Shown: positions 39,600 through 53,145, numbered from the stretch's first letter. The stretch is DNA of 64,000 bases from Epiperipatus broadwayi (GCA_028023455.1 JAQFVV010000005.1:6572001-6636000); one strand, 5' to 3'. Numbers and translations: made by a program. Notes: generated by a model not told the origin, from the letters alone.

Positions 39600-41530
39600 T
39601 TTAAAACAATTCACTTATTTGATGAGAATTTCTGATCCATATTTATCCTAGCAGTATTCATTCTCAAATGCAACACTGAAAATCTTTTGCCATTGTTTAT
39701 AATATTTTATAAACTATAAAATTACACTTTTCCATTATTATTACAATTATTTTCCATGAGTTGATTTATATTTTTATAGATTTTTTGCACAAAAATTAAT
39801 TTTTACATATTTATACTGTTATTTTTTTATGCTGAGGATTGAACATATTTCAAATACCTACTGTACTAATTGTATAAGAATTAATCTCAAAACATTTTAT
39901 GTATTTTTAATATATTTTTAACATTACTTTTTGGAAAATTGTGACTGGAAAATGCCTTTTTTTAAAAAAAATCCTGAATGCTTTCAAAAAAATATTTAAC
40001 TGCAAATTTATTTTAATAATTAAAAAGTATCCTTCTAGATTAAGTAATTCAATTTAATGATATCACTAAGTGATTTTATTAACGAAATGAGTCATTTATG
40101 GATACATCAATTCAGTTTCTCCTCATAACAGAAACTATATAATTCACAATGATATATAATAAAGATGACACCAAATTGAGATAAGTAGATATATAGTTAT
40201 GAAGAGGTATTTAAAATCAGCTACTAACAAGTAGTCTTATACATTCCGTAATAAAATATAATGAATCATTGAAGATAGATTTACCCAACAAGACCTATTT
40301 GTACTCTCCAGCTTATATCATAAAGACAATTCGCAAAGATCATATATGGCTTAAAATGTTTAAGACCTGAAGTTTTTAAATAGGAAGTACATCAAACCTA
40401 AACAAAAGAAAAAAGAAAAAAATAATCAATATCTAAATACAGCTATGAATTTTGTAAATGAAACAATATTTTTTTTAAAAAAAAAGAAATGGCTATTAAC
40501 TATTGAAAAAATATGTGTTTTTAAAAAAATAAAATAAAATGAATGAAGTATTAAATTATATTGGGTAACTTTAAAAGTTGTTTAGAAACAAAGAGATTTT
40601 AAAAATTTATACTACATTGCCAAAGACAGAAACCAAACTCTCATGACATGCTAGTAATACAGTGTTAAAATATTCAAAAAAGCATTAAGAAGATATAACA
40701 AAAGAATTTTACAATATAGAGATAATCTAAAATCAGAAACAGTCAAAAAATACAAATAAACCAAAAAAACCATTTAACTTATAAATAGAATTTCAGAGAA
40801 ACATACTAAAAAGAAATTATATAGTATGTCGATATTGGTAAATCTTTGCTTTTGTATTAAATATAAAATCAGTTGGAAGAGAGAGAGAGGGTGATCTGTA
40901 TATAAAGAAGAGGATAGTAATTTTAAAAAGATATTAAACTATATAAAAAAAACCTCTTTTATAAACAAAAACTGGTGCATGCAAAGTTCAAAGTTTATAA
41001 TACTGCCAATTTGTTTATTAAAATGCTGCCCTATGCATTTATTGCAACATCAAAGATAAAAAATAAAAGTTATGAAAAATTAAGTTACTCTATAATTATT
41101 ATTTATTAAATAATTTATGTAGTAAATATTTAAAAAAAAATTATATAAAACAATAAATAATATATTTATTATTAAAACAAACATATTCATAACATGAACT
41201 GTCATTTGATGCACTGCCTTAAAATATCTTTCTGAAAATTGAAAAGTTTTCAATTAACACTTATCTAATTATTATTATTTGTTAAACAAGCAATTCATCA
41301 ACAAACTATTCAATAAAAACTTAAAAATTTATTCCAAAAAATAATTCCAATCTTATTTTTGAAACTAAAGTAATATCAAATTCTAAGGCAAATAAATGTT
41401 GTAACATGTACTCATTTGTCCAAAGTGAGAAATACAGGAATAATTCTGTATTATTTATAAGTAAAATCAATATTAAGTCAATCCAATGTAAAACACGAAG
41501 AATCATTGACATTAGTAATAATGACATATC

Positions 41531-41876
41531 AACATTAAGTTAATATATTGCTTATAACACTTCTTACATGAACACTTCAATGCAAACAAATTTTCTTAAA
41601 AACTTCTTTATTTTCCTTACAGTTTCGACTGTCCAGCAGTCTTCATCAGAGCTCTAATCTTCTCTGCTTTAATTAAAATCAAGCAGAGAAGAAGATTAGA
41701 GCTCTGATGAAGACTGCTGGACAGTCGAAACTGTAAGGAAAATAAAGAAGTTTTTAAGGAAATTTGTTTGCATTGAAGTGTATATGAAAGAAGTGTTATA
41801 AGCAATATATATATGTTTATATAAAGATATGCAAAGAAAGTGAAAGAGAAGACTAAGAGAACATTAAGTTAATATA
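41531..41876. mobile_element. Young fold-back insertion: ~127-bp near-perfect inverted arms each carrying a hammerhead-core-like motif, with a 17-bp TSD
   Basis: Arms 41543-41669 and 41681-41810 differ by about 4 substitutions and one 3-nt indel; the spacer is 11 nt. CTGATGA-a gactg ctgga cagtc-GAAA lies at 41704-41730 and is mirrored on the minus strand. TSD aacattaagttaatata lies at 41531-41547 and 41860-41876. Confidence 0.85.
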
Positions 41877-42004
41877 ATGTTGGCAATACTTTCATTTTTA
41901 AGACAAACATTTCAGAATATAAATTATCATTAAATCAGTATGTTCAATATTTTTTAATGATTTCAGTTTATTCATTGTTTCAGCAGCACAATTTTTTGTC
42001 ACAC

Positions 42005-42070
42005 CTCTATCCCACCTATGAAGCCATAAGCTTGAAACTAGTTTGGGGATATTGGATAGGACTGGACTTA
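42005..42070 (+). repeat. Family A fragment with a decayed hammerhead core
   Basis: cccacctatg-aagc cataa gctt-GAAACTAGTT-tggggatattggat. Stems II and III are perfect but CTGATGA is lost. Confidence 0.7.
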
Positions 42071-42939
42071 GAAAGATTTATTAAGCACTATCATCTAGCA
42101 TCTATTAGTTACTAAAGCTTACAATAGATAACAGAGGTATGAAAAAAAAAATGTTATTCTTGCTACAAGTATATATCATGACTTTCATAATCCTTAAAAA
42201 TTTAGAGAGTAATTCTTGAAAAAATATTTGAATTTATTTTTCAAAATAAATTTAGCTGTTCACTTTTTTTTAAAAACAATTTTATTTATTACACATTATT
42301 TTTTTAAATATTTAAAAGGCTTCCAGAAATTTTATTGATGACTTTGCTGCAGTTGTAACACAGTAAAAAATTTTGATTTTAAGAAAAATTCTATTGAGAT
42401 ATTTTTGATTCAAATATATTGTGTACTTTCATTTTATCAGCTAAAGAATTGTAATTTTTAAACATTTTGAAATATTTATTTTGAAATTTTTAAACACGTA
42501 GTGAATGATAAGTATTAATTAACAAATAAATCATTAATAGAAAATATTATTTTAACATTGGTTTTCACATACTAAACAAATGAGTTTAGTCTTTTTGAAA
42601 TAAAAATTCCTTATTATTTCTATTAAAAGTTGTAGCAATGCAATCATAAAGATGAATAATTAATTTTTATAATATACTACAGATTTCAATATTTTATCTG
42701 ACATTTTCTAAGATTTCTTTTTTTATAATTGAATACTATAAAATTTAATTTAACAAAATTTGAAAAGTAGATATATTTACATTTTTAATGAAGAAACAGA
42801 TATTTACTTTAACTGTTATTTTTATCTTTACAAGTACAACTTAAATAATTTGGGAATTTGTCTATTTTACTAACAGAAATATATCATGTGATCACCTTCT
42901 ATTTCTTCATTATCATTCCTACTCAATAATTTCTTTATC

Positions 42940-43344
42940 TCATCCCATTTTTATCTTTAATGATTTTAATTTTACTTCTACATCCTTCACTTCTTCCTCT
43001 ATCTTATTTATTCTTTTGCTAATCATCTCTATTGCGCTACTACTTTCTCCACCCATATTTCCTGACACTCCACTAAAACCATACTCTATCCTATCTTCCT
43101 TAACTACATTTTTCTCCCTTTCCACTGTCTTCTTCTTTAAACTATCTACACTAAGAAACCACTTTCTCACCTCTTTAATCACATTTACACACTGACTACA
43201 TAACTATAAACCTGTTACATCCTTTCTAGTCTTATTTAAACATTTCAAGTGATAAACCTCATCACAAACACTACATTCTACCAGAGCATGCCTAATTCCT
43301 TTTTCCCGATTATATAGACATTGTGAAATACAAATACAATCCAT
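42940..43344 (-). pseudogene. PHD finger plus coiled-coil, probably a decayed LINE (CR1/L2-type) ORF1
   Basis: From ATG 43344: MDCICISQC...LVECSVCDEVYHLKCLNKTRKDVTGL*LCSQCK, a C4HC3 PHD with the conserved Trp codon now TAG. A frameshift leads into the coiled-coil ORF 42940-43182. LINE origin is an inference. Confidence 0.65.
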
Positions 43345-43769
43345 ATTCTTTATTTTTGTATTATTCGAATGTTATATTTTTCTTAAAAATAAACAATTGT
43401 TCTTAAATTTAAAAATATATATATATATTTTAATAATAAATTTACTAAAAACTAATCAACAAAATAATTTAAAAAATAAAAAAAATTTTTATATATAAAA
43501 TAACAAAATATAAATAATAAAACAAAAAAAAAACTTTTACAAAAAATTTCTATATACTATATAAATAACAAATGAAAAAACTTTAAAACAAATAAAAAAC
43601 ACAATTTTCAATCTTTCAAATACTCTTAACCACTAATTATTACACTTTCATACACAATAATAATTAATATTAATAAATATTAATGTTCTCAGAAACTTAT
43701 CTATGCTTTTCGAGTGATAAGTTGAATTTATTTTTCAAGAATCTCTCAGCAATTATGCTCCATCTGCTG

Positions 43770-43990
43770 AGCCAAACTACACTAGTGCCACCAAGTGCAA
43801 TCCAATGTAATCAATGAAAGCAGGAAGCTTCTCACTGATGAAAGTCACAAACTAGAAACTAGTTTGGGAGTGTTGGATGAGCAGGCACTAGATAGGTATT
43901 TTATACACAAACCATCCTGCATCCATTGATTACAAAGGCTTGCACTCAATGGCACTACTAATGGAGAGTTTGGTACTCTTATCAACAGAA
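43770..43990 (+). mobile_element. Family A copy with an inverted 5' piece
   Basis: gccaaactacactagtgccaccaagtgcaatcc (43771-43803) is inverted to ggcttgcactcaatggcactactaatggagagtttgg (~43937-43973). The body is collinear with 31165-31320. Confidence 0.75.
43829..43870 (+). ncRNA. Minimal type I hammerhead motif (family A)
   Basis: ttctca-CTGATGA-a agt cacaa act a-GAA-ACTAGT-T-tgggag. The core is intact, stem III is palindromic, and stem I has 6 bp including G-U pairs. Confidence 0.7.
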
Positions 43991-44039
43991 ATATAATTTG
44001 TAAACTATTTATGTACTAACTAAATATGAATATTATCAT

Positions 44040-44500
44040 CAATGAACAAATGTGATCGAAAGATACTTATGTATTCAAAACAAAAGCACTGATGCACAAC
44101 TAATAGGCTAGAGATATCATGTAAACTTGAAAACATATGATAAAACATACAAGCAGATAAAAAAAAAAGAATGATGAAACTTTGAATATGGAGAAGCTAA
44201 ATGAATTTGATAATAACACAGCAGCTATTAGAATTGATGACAAAAACAGTAATAGCAATAGACAACTATTGTCTATTTATTATTAGCAGCATAAAGATTC
44301 ACAATTAAACAAATATATTGCTATCATCTTCAACTATATGTCTTATTCTTAAAAATTTTCATTTAGTTTGTAGTATATTATAGAATTCCATCTTGAATGA
44401 GAAAATTATAAAGAAATTAAAAAAAAACAAGGCATTTAATGATAATACAGATAAAGATCATCAAAGGAAAGGTTTTGATTTAATAAGACTGTAAATTTAA
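44040..44500 (+). mobile_element. Possible further decayed PLE RT fragment
   Basis: Weak echoes only: EKLNEFDNNT (~LNxFxxxIKF) and spacing compatible with the thumb region. No intact motif. Confidence 0.25.
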
Positions 44501-47217
44501 AAATATATATATTTATTTCGAACATAATATGAGAAAATTTATTGAAAAACTATACTTGGAAAATATAAAAGAAGACAATAAGAAGCAATAAGACTAGAGC
44601 AGAAAGAACTCATTTTGGAAAAATATTTGTAAGACCACAGGTAATAAAATTAGCAGTCCCTAATCCCAAGATATTAAAAGAGTTTAATATGCAGGAAAGC
44701 ACAATGCATGCTTACAAAACATATAAACACTTTTATATGGATAACTTTCTAATTATTTATATAAACAGTGCAAATATTTATTAGTACTTTGTTCCCCATG
44801 TTTTTTTTTGTATATCTGTATTATGTAAAATTCTTTGTATTTGATAACTTAATAGATATGAATATAAGAATATACATATAAATATAAAAATAGAAATATG
44901 GATGCATACAATTTAAAAACTCATATACATTAAAATATTTTTCAAAAATTATGTATTTATAACTTAGATTAAAGATATATATAAAAAAAAACATGCTAGA
45001 AAAGAAGATTCATTTTTAAAAAAATGCAAGGCTATCAAAATTCCATCTTAATAGTGGTTTCAAATTCTTTACTATTACAATATAGACTATTGTAAGCTGA
45101 GATGCCTTTATATTCATAACTAAAACATACTTTGTAAAAATTATTTGCTCACAGTTATTCATAACCACAGTTATGTTAATTCAAACAATAGAATGGCAGC
45201 TCTCTTAATAATATAGAACTGCAATTTGTGCCGAGAATTTTTCAGCATAATCTGTTTTTTCAATTGGTATAATAGATTTATTAAAATATACTTTACACAT
45301 TCTGTGCCCAGATCATTGTTTGACATAGAATTATAAACTGATTTTTTTTCTAATATAGAGAATATAGATTTTCAGATTAAATGGCAAAATAAATATTTTG
45401 ATTGCTTTGCAGTTTTCTCAAAAAATTGCTGATAAAATGTCATCAACTTTTGGCCTCACTTTCTGGCATTTCCAGGCTGATCTGATATTTTCATACTGAA
45501 AGTTCTTTTATGAGGATAGCATCAATGATTTTAGGATAAAGCATCTCTGGTACTTTTCAGATAACTCAATTGACTCTGAAATGTTTTTTTTTTTTGTTTT
45601 TTATTTTATTTTACCAAACTTGTTTTCATTTTAAAGCTTATTGCAAAAATTTTTATGACTCATCTTTCTTGGGTGTTCAAATTATTTTTACCAGATTTAA
45701 TTCTGAATTCTTTCTTTTGCAATTACCATTATATTTTCTGACATCCATTTTGAAGTTTTCTGGTTGCTTTCAGTTTTCTTCAGATTCATTTTAAAATTAT
45801 TTCTTTCACTTCTAACAATAGTTTTTCTAGTTTATCATCAATAACGAATAAAACTTCAAATCATTTTCTGATGTTATTTTCTCTAGGTTATATGCTGGAT
45901 TTTTTTTCTAAGCTACTCTAAAAAATATGAGCAACTTATAATCTACTACACAATCTGCTACTATATTTTCACTATTAGAACTGTTAATTTTCTCCCCTAA
46001 ATGCCAAGAAATTAAATAATCTATCTGATTTTTCAGAATCCATAAGTGATTTAATACTCAAATACAAGTATATTGTCTAAGGTCCTATATGTGAGGAGTC
46101 AGTGACTTAGGAAAAGTAAACAAGGATATGACAATAATATTGGCATCAACAATATGACTGAAGAGTTAGAGGATGGAGATGATTGAAGCTTGTCCATTAA
46201 AATTTGAAGATCTTAATACAAGCTGAGCACTGATTGTATATAAGTGTGGAAGATGGTGATCTGAATCAACTGATGAATGTGGATCAGCACAAATTATGTG
46301 GTCATGTGTTTTGGTTGTATAAAATACAGTAGATAGCTGTAGGAAGCTTGAAACTTTGAGTGACTTACAAAAATTTTAATTCATTTGGTGCTTTATGAAT
46401 TCTTAAAACTTATTTCTCATTCACCTTCATTTTCGCTTCTATGTCTATATTATTTAGTGATATTTCCTTCCTTTCCATCCATGATATTCCGACCTCTGAC
46501 CCTTAGTATACATTGATTACAAGATTTTCTTAACTTTCAATATTCATTGAAAATATTGTAATTTATCTTCTGACTCAAAAGACTACTTTCGTTATATATA
46601 TATATTTTACTGTTTATTCGTATAGTCAATATAAAATGATGGATTGTTATTCAATCAGGTAATTAAAAATAATTTTACTATTGACATGTCATGAACTATT
46701 GCCATCATCATCCTAGAAAAAATTTTAAGCTAAATCTAGTAACATATTTTCTGATATTTTAATAAACAATACTAGCAAAAAAGTTCACACAGAAAGCACG
46801 TAAACATTATATATGTTGAAATATTTTTAAAGATGAAAATATAATTTAAAATTAAAAAACGAAAACTAATTCATTATAAATAAAAATATCCATGTGAGTG
46901 CAATCATGAAATCAGACATTATTTTCAGAAATTCAATTACGTTTGCCTAATAATAAATCTGTATTTGATTCGAAGACCTAACAAATTAAAAATTTACTTA
47001 CAAAGAATTTTTTATAGTTAAACTATTTAAGAAAGGCATTTAAAAAAACTAAAGATAACATTCTAATTGTTATTTTTTAAAATTTAATTTCAAAACGATC
47101 TATAGCAAACTTGTTTCTTCCTGAAACATGGAACTAATAATCAAATAGTATGAAATTGAAACAAATATTTAAAAAAAAAAATATCTCACTGAAAACTATA
47201 TAATGAGGAAATAAAAT

Positions 47218-47360
47218 CTTACCTCCATTGTTAAAAAAAAAAAAAAAAAGGAATTTTAATTTGCTTTGTGATTTAAAGTTACGTTTGGAGGCATTGCCGC
47301 TTTTTTCTTGATTTAAAGATGTAGTGTCCTCTCGCGGTACAAATGTAAAGTCTTTTTTAA
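47218..47360 (-). promoter_or_regulatory. Putative promoter and non-coding first exon of the 38-39 kb ZnF gene
   Basis: cctctcgcgg..aaat.t.aaagtctt at 47328 and minus-strand donor GAG|GTAAGATT at 47223|47222, in a CpG-retaining patch. The intron-side block (ttcagaaattca..taataaatct.tattt.attcgaagac.taacaa) is homologous between ~46925-46985 and ~13910-13980. Confidence 0.6.
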
Positions 47361-49269
47361 AAAATAAACAAAAATGTAATTAATTAGCTTCTGGGATTTA
47401 ATTTTTTTGTAAAAAACAAAAACAAAACATCAACATGTAGACCAAATAGTCGTGTGTGATGAGATTTGAGAGAAAGCAAGTCAAATCTTTGTAGTTAATT
47501 AAACGTTAATTTATAAAATAATAACTGTAAATTAATTAATATAAAATCAGTGGCAACTTGGGAAATTTTTATGCAGAGGTGCTTCATTACAGTACGCCGC
47601 CAAAATGTAAGCAAGAAATAAAACAGAGCACTTCCCAATTCACAACCACACAACTGTTTCGTACTTCCATAGCAATCGCTGCTAAAAGTTCTAATGTATT
47701 TTTTTGTTTTTACTAACTGTTGTTTAATAAATAGTAATATCTAGAGTAGATGGACCTTTATTTTTTATTTCAATTTTTTCATATAATGTCAATTGAGAAA
47801 ATGTATATTTAACACACCCATTGTGATAAATATTTTTAAATTTTTTTTAATTATTTTGTTAATTTTTCTGTAATAAATATTTATATGTTAATTCATGAAT
47901 ATTAATTACAAGAAGAAAAAAAACTTTATTGCTCATCCTAAATAAAAAAAATTACAGTAGTTGTATTTAGAAATAATTATGCAAAATAGTTTTAAGCACA
48001 CATTTAATAATTGATTTTTGTATTTTATTCTCAGAGTTGCTGCAGCCTCGCAGCTCATGGATCAGCCACCACTGCAGGCCTTACAAAATCTTCAATTTCT
48101 TTTTTATAAATGTTATCCTGTGATTATTAAACAAATTGGATAGCTTTAGTTTATAAATCATTTGAAACATAAATGTCTATCAATTATATTTTTTAATCTT
48201 GAAAAATTAAAACATCTATCATGAATAGGTTTTAAATTTCCAATAAGTTTGAGACTTTTTGGGTTAATCAATCCAAGAAAAAGTAAATTTGATAAGTCTT
48301 CAAATAGTTAATTTATTAGTAAATTTTATAGTGGTGACTGGTTCATAAGTGTTGTGATGCCGCAGCACTCCCAAAAGAAAATTAATTATTTGTGCTTGAA
48401 AATATCAATAATATAATAATCATTCAATATTTTACATAATTATCATGTACAAGTAATTAAACCATTAAAAAAAAAAAAAGAATTATTTTAACAAATGCTT
48501 AAGATTCTATTCAAAGATGCTACTAATTACAACAGTGTCGGAAATGACATTTGGTGAATTTCAGCAAGTTCTGCTGAGATTCGTTTTTTCTTATCAATGC
48601 ATGAAACTAGTGCCAATCAAGCTGCTTGCTTCAACAGCATTAGTACTTATTTGAGAGTGATATGTTTATTCTGGTTTCCCATCAGAGTGAATAAATTTTT
48701 GTTTCATTTAGGATGAGTAATAAAAAATTCTGTTTTTTCTTGCAATTAACATTTATAAATTAGTGAATAAATAATTATTACAGAAAAATATAACAAAATG
48801 ATGAAGGAAATAATTCAAATATTTATCATGATGAGTATTAGTGTTGAATATATATAAAAAAGTTACATTATTCCAATTGACATTATACGAAAAAAATTGA
48901 AATAAAAAATGAAGTTTAATCTACTTCAGATATTATTTATCAAACAGCAGTTAGTCAGAGCTAAAAATTTATTAAATCTTTTATCAATGATTAGTATGGA
49001 AAAATAAAATGGATGTGTGCTTGCAAAATTAAAAATACTCTGAATTGTTTTCTTTGCTTAATTTTTGATGGTGAAACTATAATAAAGCATTTATGCTTAA
49101 AAAATTAATGGACTGTCACTGGGTTAGAGCTATATTATATTTAACAATGACTCCAAAAGCAATTAATTGTAAAAAATAAAATGTCTGCATGTATTCTTGA
49201 ATTTATGCTTCAAGTGTGTTTTAAATAAAATCAAGAAAATAATATATTTTGCATTTCAAATAATTTATT

Positions 49270-49572
49270 GGCTGAAGATCTATCAGCCCCATATAGCTAT
49301 TTGAGTTGGATAGCTGGGTTTGAAGACATGTAGATGTCTGAAAATTTCAGATTTTCTACTCAATAGATAACTTTTAAATAAGTGCTTGGCTTTGGGTTGG
49401 CATTTTTACATCTAGTGTCTGAACCTAGCCTGACCCTTTCTGAAGAGTGCCAAAGCATGAAACCATGGTCAGAGGTTTGGGAAGGAATTCCTGACAGAGA
49501 TATTTTAAGTGCTGGCTCTGGCTAAGCATTTATCATAAAGCTTGTAGAAGAAATTGGCAATCCTCATTGTTT
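49270..49572 (-). repeat. Second (inverted) copy of the 11580-12025 repeat, flanked by ~50-bp direct repeats
   Basis: Reverse-complement similarity to 11580-12025. The block aaaatcaagaaaataatatattttgca..caaataatttatt occurs at ~49227 and ~49699. Confidence 0.8.
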
Positions 49573-50479
49573 AATAAATGATTATATATTATTTAGCAAA
49601 AACTATATACACTGATAATAAATAAAATGTATGCAGATATGCAAATATATCTATTGATAAAAAAATAAATTGTCTGAATTTATTTTTGAATTTATAGCAA
49701 AATCAAGAAAATAATATATTTTGCACTACAAATAATTTATTCGCTAAAAGAATATAAATTCTTTCTCCAATATATATATATATTGATAATAAAATGTTTC
49801 AATGTGCAAATGTAGTCTATGGTCTATCTGCTTGATGAAGCTGTATAGTATTTAGCCAAAAGTGCAAGAATTAATTGATAAAAAATGTCCACAAGAATAT
49901 AATAAAATCAAAAAAAAAATTATTTTTCAATAAAAATTATTTATTTATTAAAACATTATTAGTCCCTGCAACTGTATAATTATCTCAGATTATTGGAAAT
50001 AAGTGCCCTCAAGTGGTGGCATTGGGCAAAATCGGAAAGTACCTTTAAACAATATCAATTTTTAATCAAAAAATACATTGATGTCAAATAAAATTTATGG
50101 TAAAATGCAGGTCCATACAAATATATTTACCCTCTTCATTATAAATTTATTACTTAGATACTTTTTTCTTTGTTTAGTGATATTATTTGTAGCCTTTATT
50201 TTTATACTATTTTAATTATAGTGTAATAAAGTTGAATTATGTGTTAATATTTGTTTGTTTTTTTTTGCTTTTTAATCATTTTCATATTAAATAGTTAACT
50301 TTTGAGATGGAAGAGCCAAACCTGTCCCTCACAAAAATTTAAAAAATATTTAAGAACCATAAATATATTTATACAAACAAGGAAAATTTAAAGTAATATT
50401 ATAACAAGTTATAATATTAATTATATCTTTATTAAATGAAGATTTGCTCTCATTGGTTTAATCAATGTGAGCAATCAGC

Positions 50480-52300
50480 TTGCATTTCCATAGAAAGTTT
50501 CGGTATGTCTGATTTGTAACTAGTCATTTTTAATTTAAGGCATGATTTCAAATTGGCATCGGTAATTTGGCTCCTCAATTTACATTTAATGAAATTCATG
50601 TTAGATGATTGCTTACACAATCACATAGATCCAAAAATACTGAGAGCAAAATACAAATCCAGAAGACTTCCAAGTACTGAAAATCATTGATTTTATCTTC
50701 TGTAGGTCTTTTGTAGAAGTCTGCTTGTGATGTGAAATCAGACTACATTTTTTTCTTTCCACTTCCATTTTACTACCAAGATGCACAAATTTGGAACTCC
50801 ATAAATACTTGCTTGTCTAGTCCAGCAATTGTATTTCAAAATTAACCATGTCAATATCAAACAGTGAAAAAATTAATTCCTTCCCATTAACATTAAGAAG
50901 ATTTATAATAAACAAGAGTTGCTTTATCATTTTTAAATTCCTGAATTCATTAAAAAAAAGATTCTCATGCTTAAAACTACTATCTTGAAATAATCTTTGC
51001 TTAATGAGAGCATTGTTTGCTCGGTGATATTGAGATAAGTTTAAGAAATGAACTAAAGTTTCTCTAAATCTTCAATGAACAGAATCAATTTCCTTTCAAA
51101 TGAAATAACTTATTATATGATTGAAAAGCAGTACTTTCCCTTACCTTATAATTTATAATTGAGCAGATTTCATTGTAATGTAACATCCACCATAAAGTAT
51201 AATTTTTGCAATCATTAATCTCCTGTTAATTCTAAATATTGAAAATCCTTGTTAAGAAATAGTATGATTTCATTTATGCAAGATGCATAATGATTTAATA
51301 TGTCACCTCTGAAAAGCCATAAAATACTGTCATACTGTAGAAGATCTGAATATTCACTCTCCATTTCACTTAGCAACTCTAAATTGTCATTGATTAAGTC
51401 TCCTTACTGTAATAAAGTTGGTAATCTTAATTAATAATTCCATAATTTTATCAATTTCTTTTCAAAGTGTTTGTGCACATAGTGCTTACTGATAGATTAT
51501 TCACTAGAAAGTATTTATTTCATGATTAATTTTTCCTTTTAAAATTGAAACAAAACTGTTCTTTGCTCCTATCATATTTTTTGCACCATCATTTGCAATT
51601 GTCACAATTTTATTGAATGGGATATGTCTTTTTCCATGGATTCAATGATAACATTTTCTATATTCTCTCCATCCAATTTTGGCCTTTCAGTAGCAATAAT
51701 TCCAGAAATTTTTCTCTTGAAATTTCAGATGATATATTCCACACAAAAAGGGAAATTTTTTTCTGTATCCTTGATGTCGTAAAACTCGTCTACTGCGATT
51801 GATAAAGCAGGTTAATTTAACATCTTTGAATTGTTTGTTGTCACAAATTGAGACATTTTAACTTTTCTCTCTGCTGCTGTTTTGGTAAATAATGGTATGA
51901 TTTTAATTTTATTTCAAAGCTCTGCTTTGTATTTGAAATCCTACAAAAGTTCTTCATATGCGTTAGCAAAACATTTTATGCATTTACTATTTGTGAATAG
52001 TTTTTTTTAGTGATCTCTTGAATCACTACAAAGCTTGCAATTTAATTAATACTATTGGCTGACAGCAATAATTAAACACAACACTTGATTTTGAACATTT
52101 TTCTGAAGCTTGTTCTCACATCGCTGACAGGATATTTTTTTGCAAATGTGGCATGTTTTGTTATGAAGTATCTCTTCAAATTTGACTTTTTGTTGTGTGC
52201 CAGTTTTTCTTCACACATAAGATAGGATGAAAGGTCATCTAAGTTTGAAATAAATGTAAAAGATTCAGTTTTAAAGCCATGATGTTCATTTATTATTTTT
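50480..52300 (-). mobile_element. Decayed hAT transposase, SPIN/GTF2IRD2/EPM2AIP1-like
   Basis: Motifs in order: MCEEKLAHNKKSNLKRYFITKHATFAKKYP; KIVTIANDGAKNMIG; NFITVRRLN; MESEYSDLLQYDSILWLFRG; SIFGSM*LCKQ..MNFIKCKLRSQITDANL. Many stops and frameshifts. TIRs were not identified. Confidence 0.85.
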
Positions 52301-53145
52301 TTAATTTTTTTTATTCATAGCCATATTGAAAAATACTTAAACAATATATTTAACTTATCATGTTATATACACATTTGTGCACTTACACAAACTACAAGTG
52401 CTTTCCCTAGATTCCTCACTTTTACATTTAGCCATTACAAATGTTGCCTTGTGCAGTAGATGAGGCCTGTGTACTAAATTTTTAATAACTGTGTTTGTCT
52501 ACCTTGCCTACCATGTGTTCCATCATCCTTTCCACTTTCTCTATATACTTTTTTCACACTTGCTTTCCCATCCCTGATATCATGTTTTGCACATCTTAAT
52601 GTCATGAAATTTTGTGACAGTGATAAAAAAAATGAAATTATCATTATATGAATAAAATCCTTTAAAAATTTTATAATCAAAACTATGATAATTTTATTTT
52701 CAATTTTATTTCCAAGTTACGTGTATGTAACCAAAGAGTCACAGTTTGTTGATTCCTGGTTTAACATAAAATTTATATAATATATTTTTATGCACAAATA
52801 AATATTATGTATTTAAGTGTAAAATTTTTACATATTTCTTGTTTGTATTATTGTTTTAATATTAAATATATTTTACTCATGTATTTATTGTAATGTCAGA
52901 TTTTTCACTTACTTTGTCAATAATGAATGGTTCAGTGACATTCATATGTGATAAAATATCCCTGAGTGCATACTAAAATGGCACTGGTCTGCATTTATTC
53001 TGCTATATAAAATGTGCATTGTGATAATTGTAAATTCCATAACAAAAATCAACATGAATTATGGAATTTTACTTTTGCATACATTTTATTAGTCATCAAT
53101 GTATTTTTTTTGTTAAATATGTTATTTTCTTGATTTTACTTAATA

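Noticed and set aside
45200-45900. LINE RT remnant here, and L1-like echoes at 37500-37660, 40560-40900 and 55250-56000
   Set aside because: Motif echoes are too degraded to support by eye. A profile search is needed.
49290-49360. Hammerhead in the 11.9/49.3-kb repeat (tTGAAGAcatgtagatgtctGAAA)
   Set aside because: C3 is missing, stem II overlaps the core GA, and stem I is not adjacent, so it cannot be folded into a canonical hammerhead.
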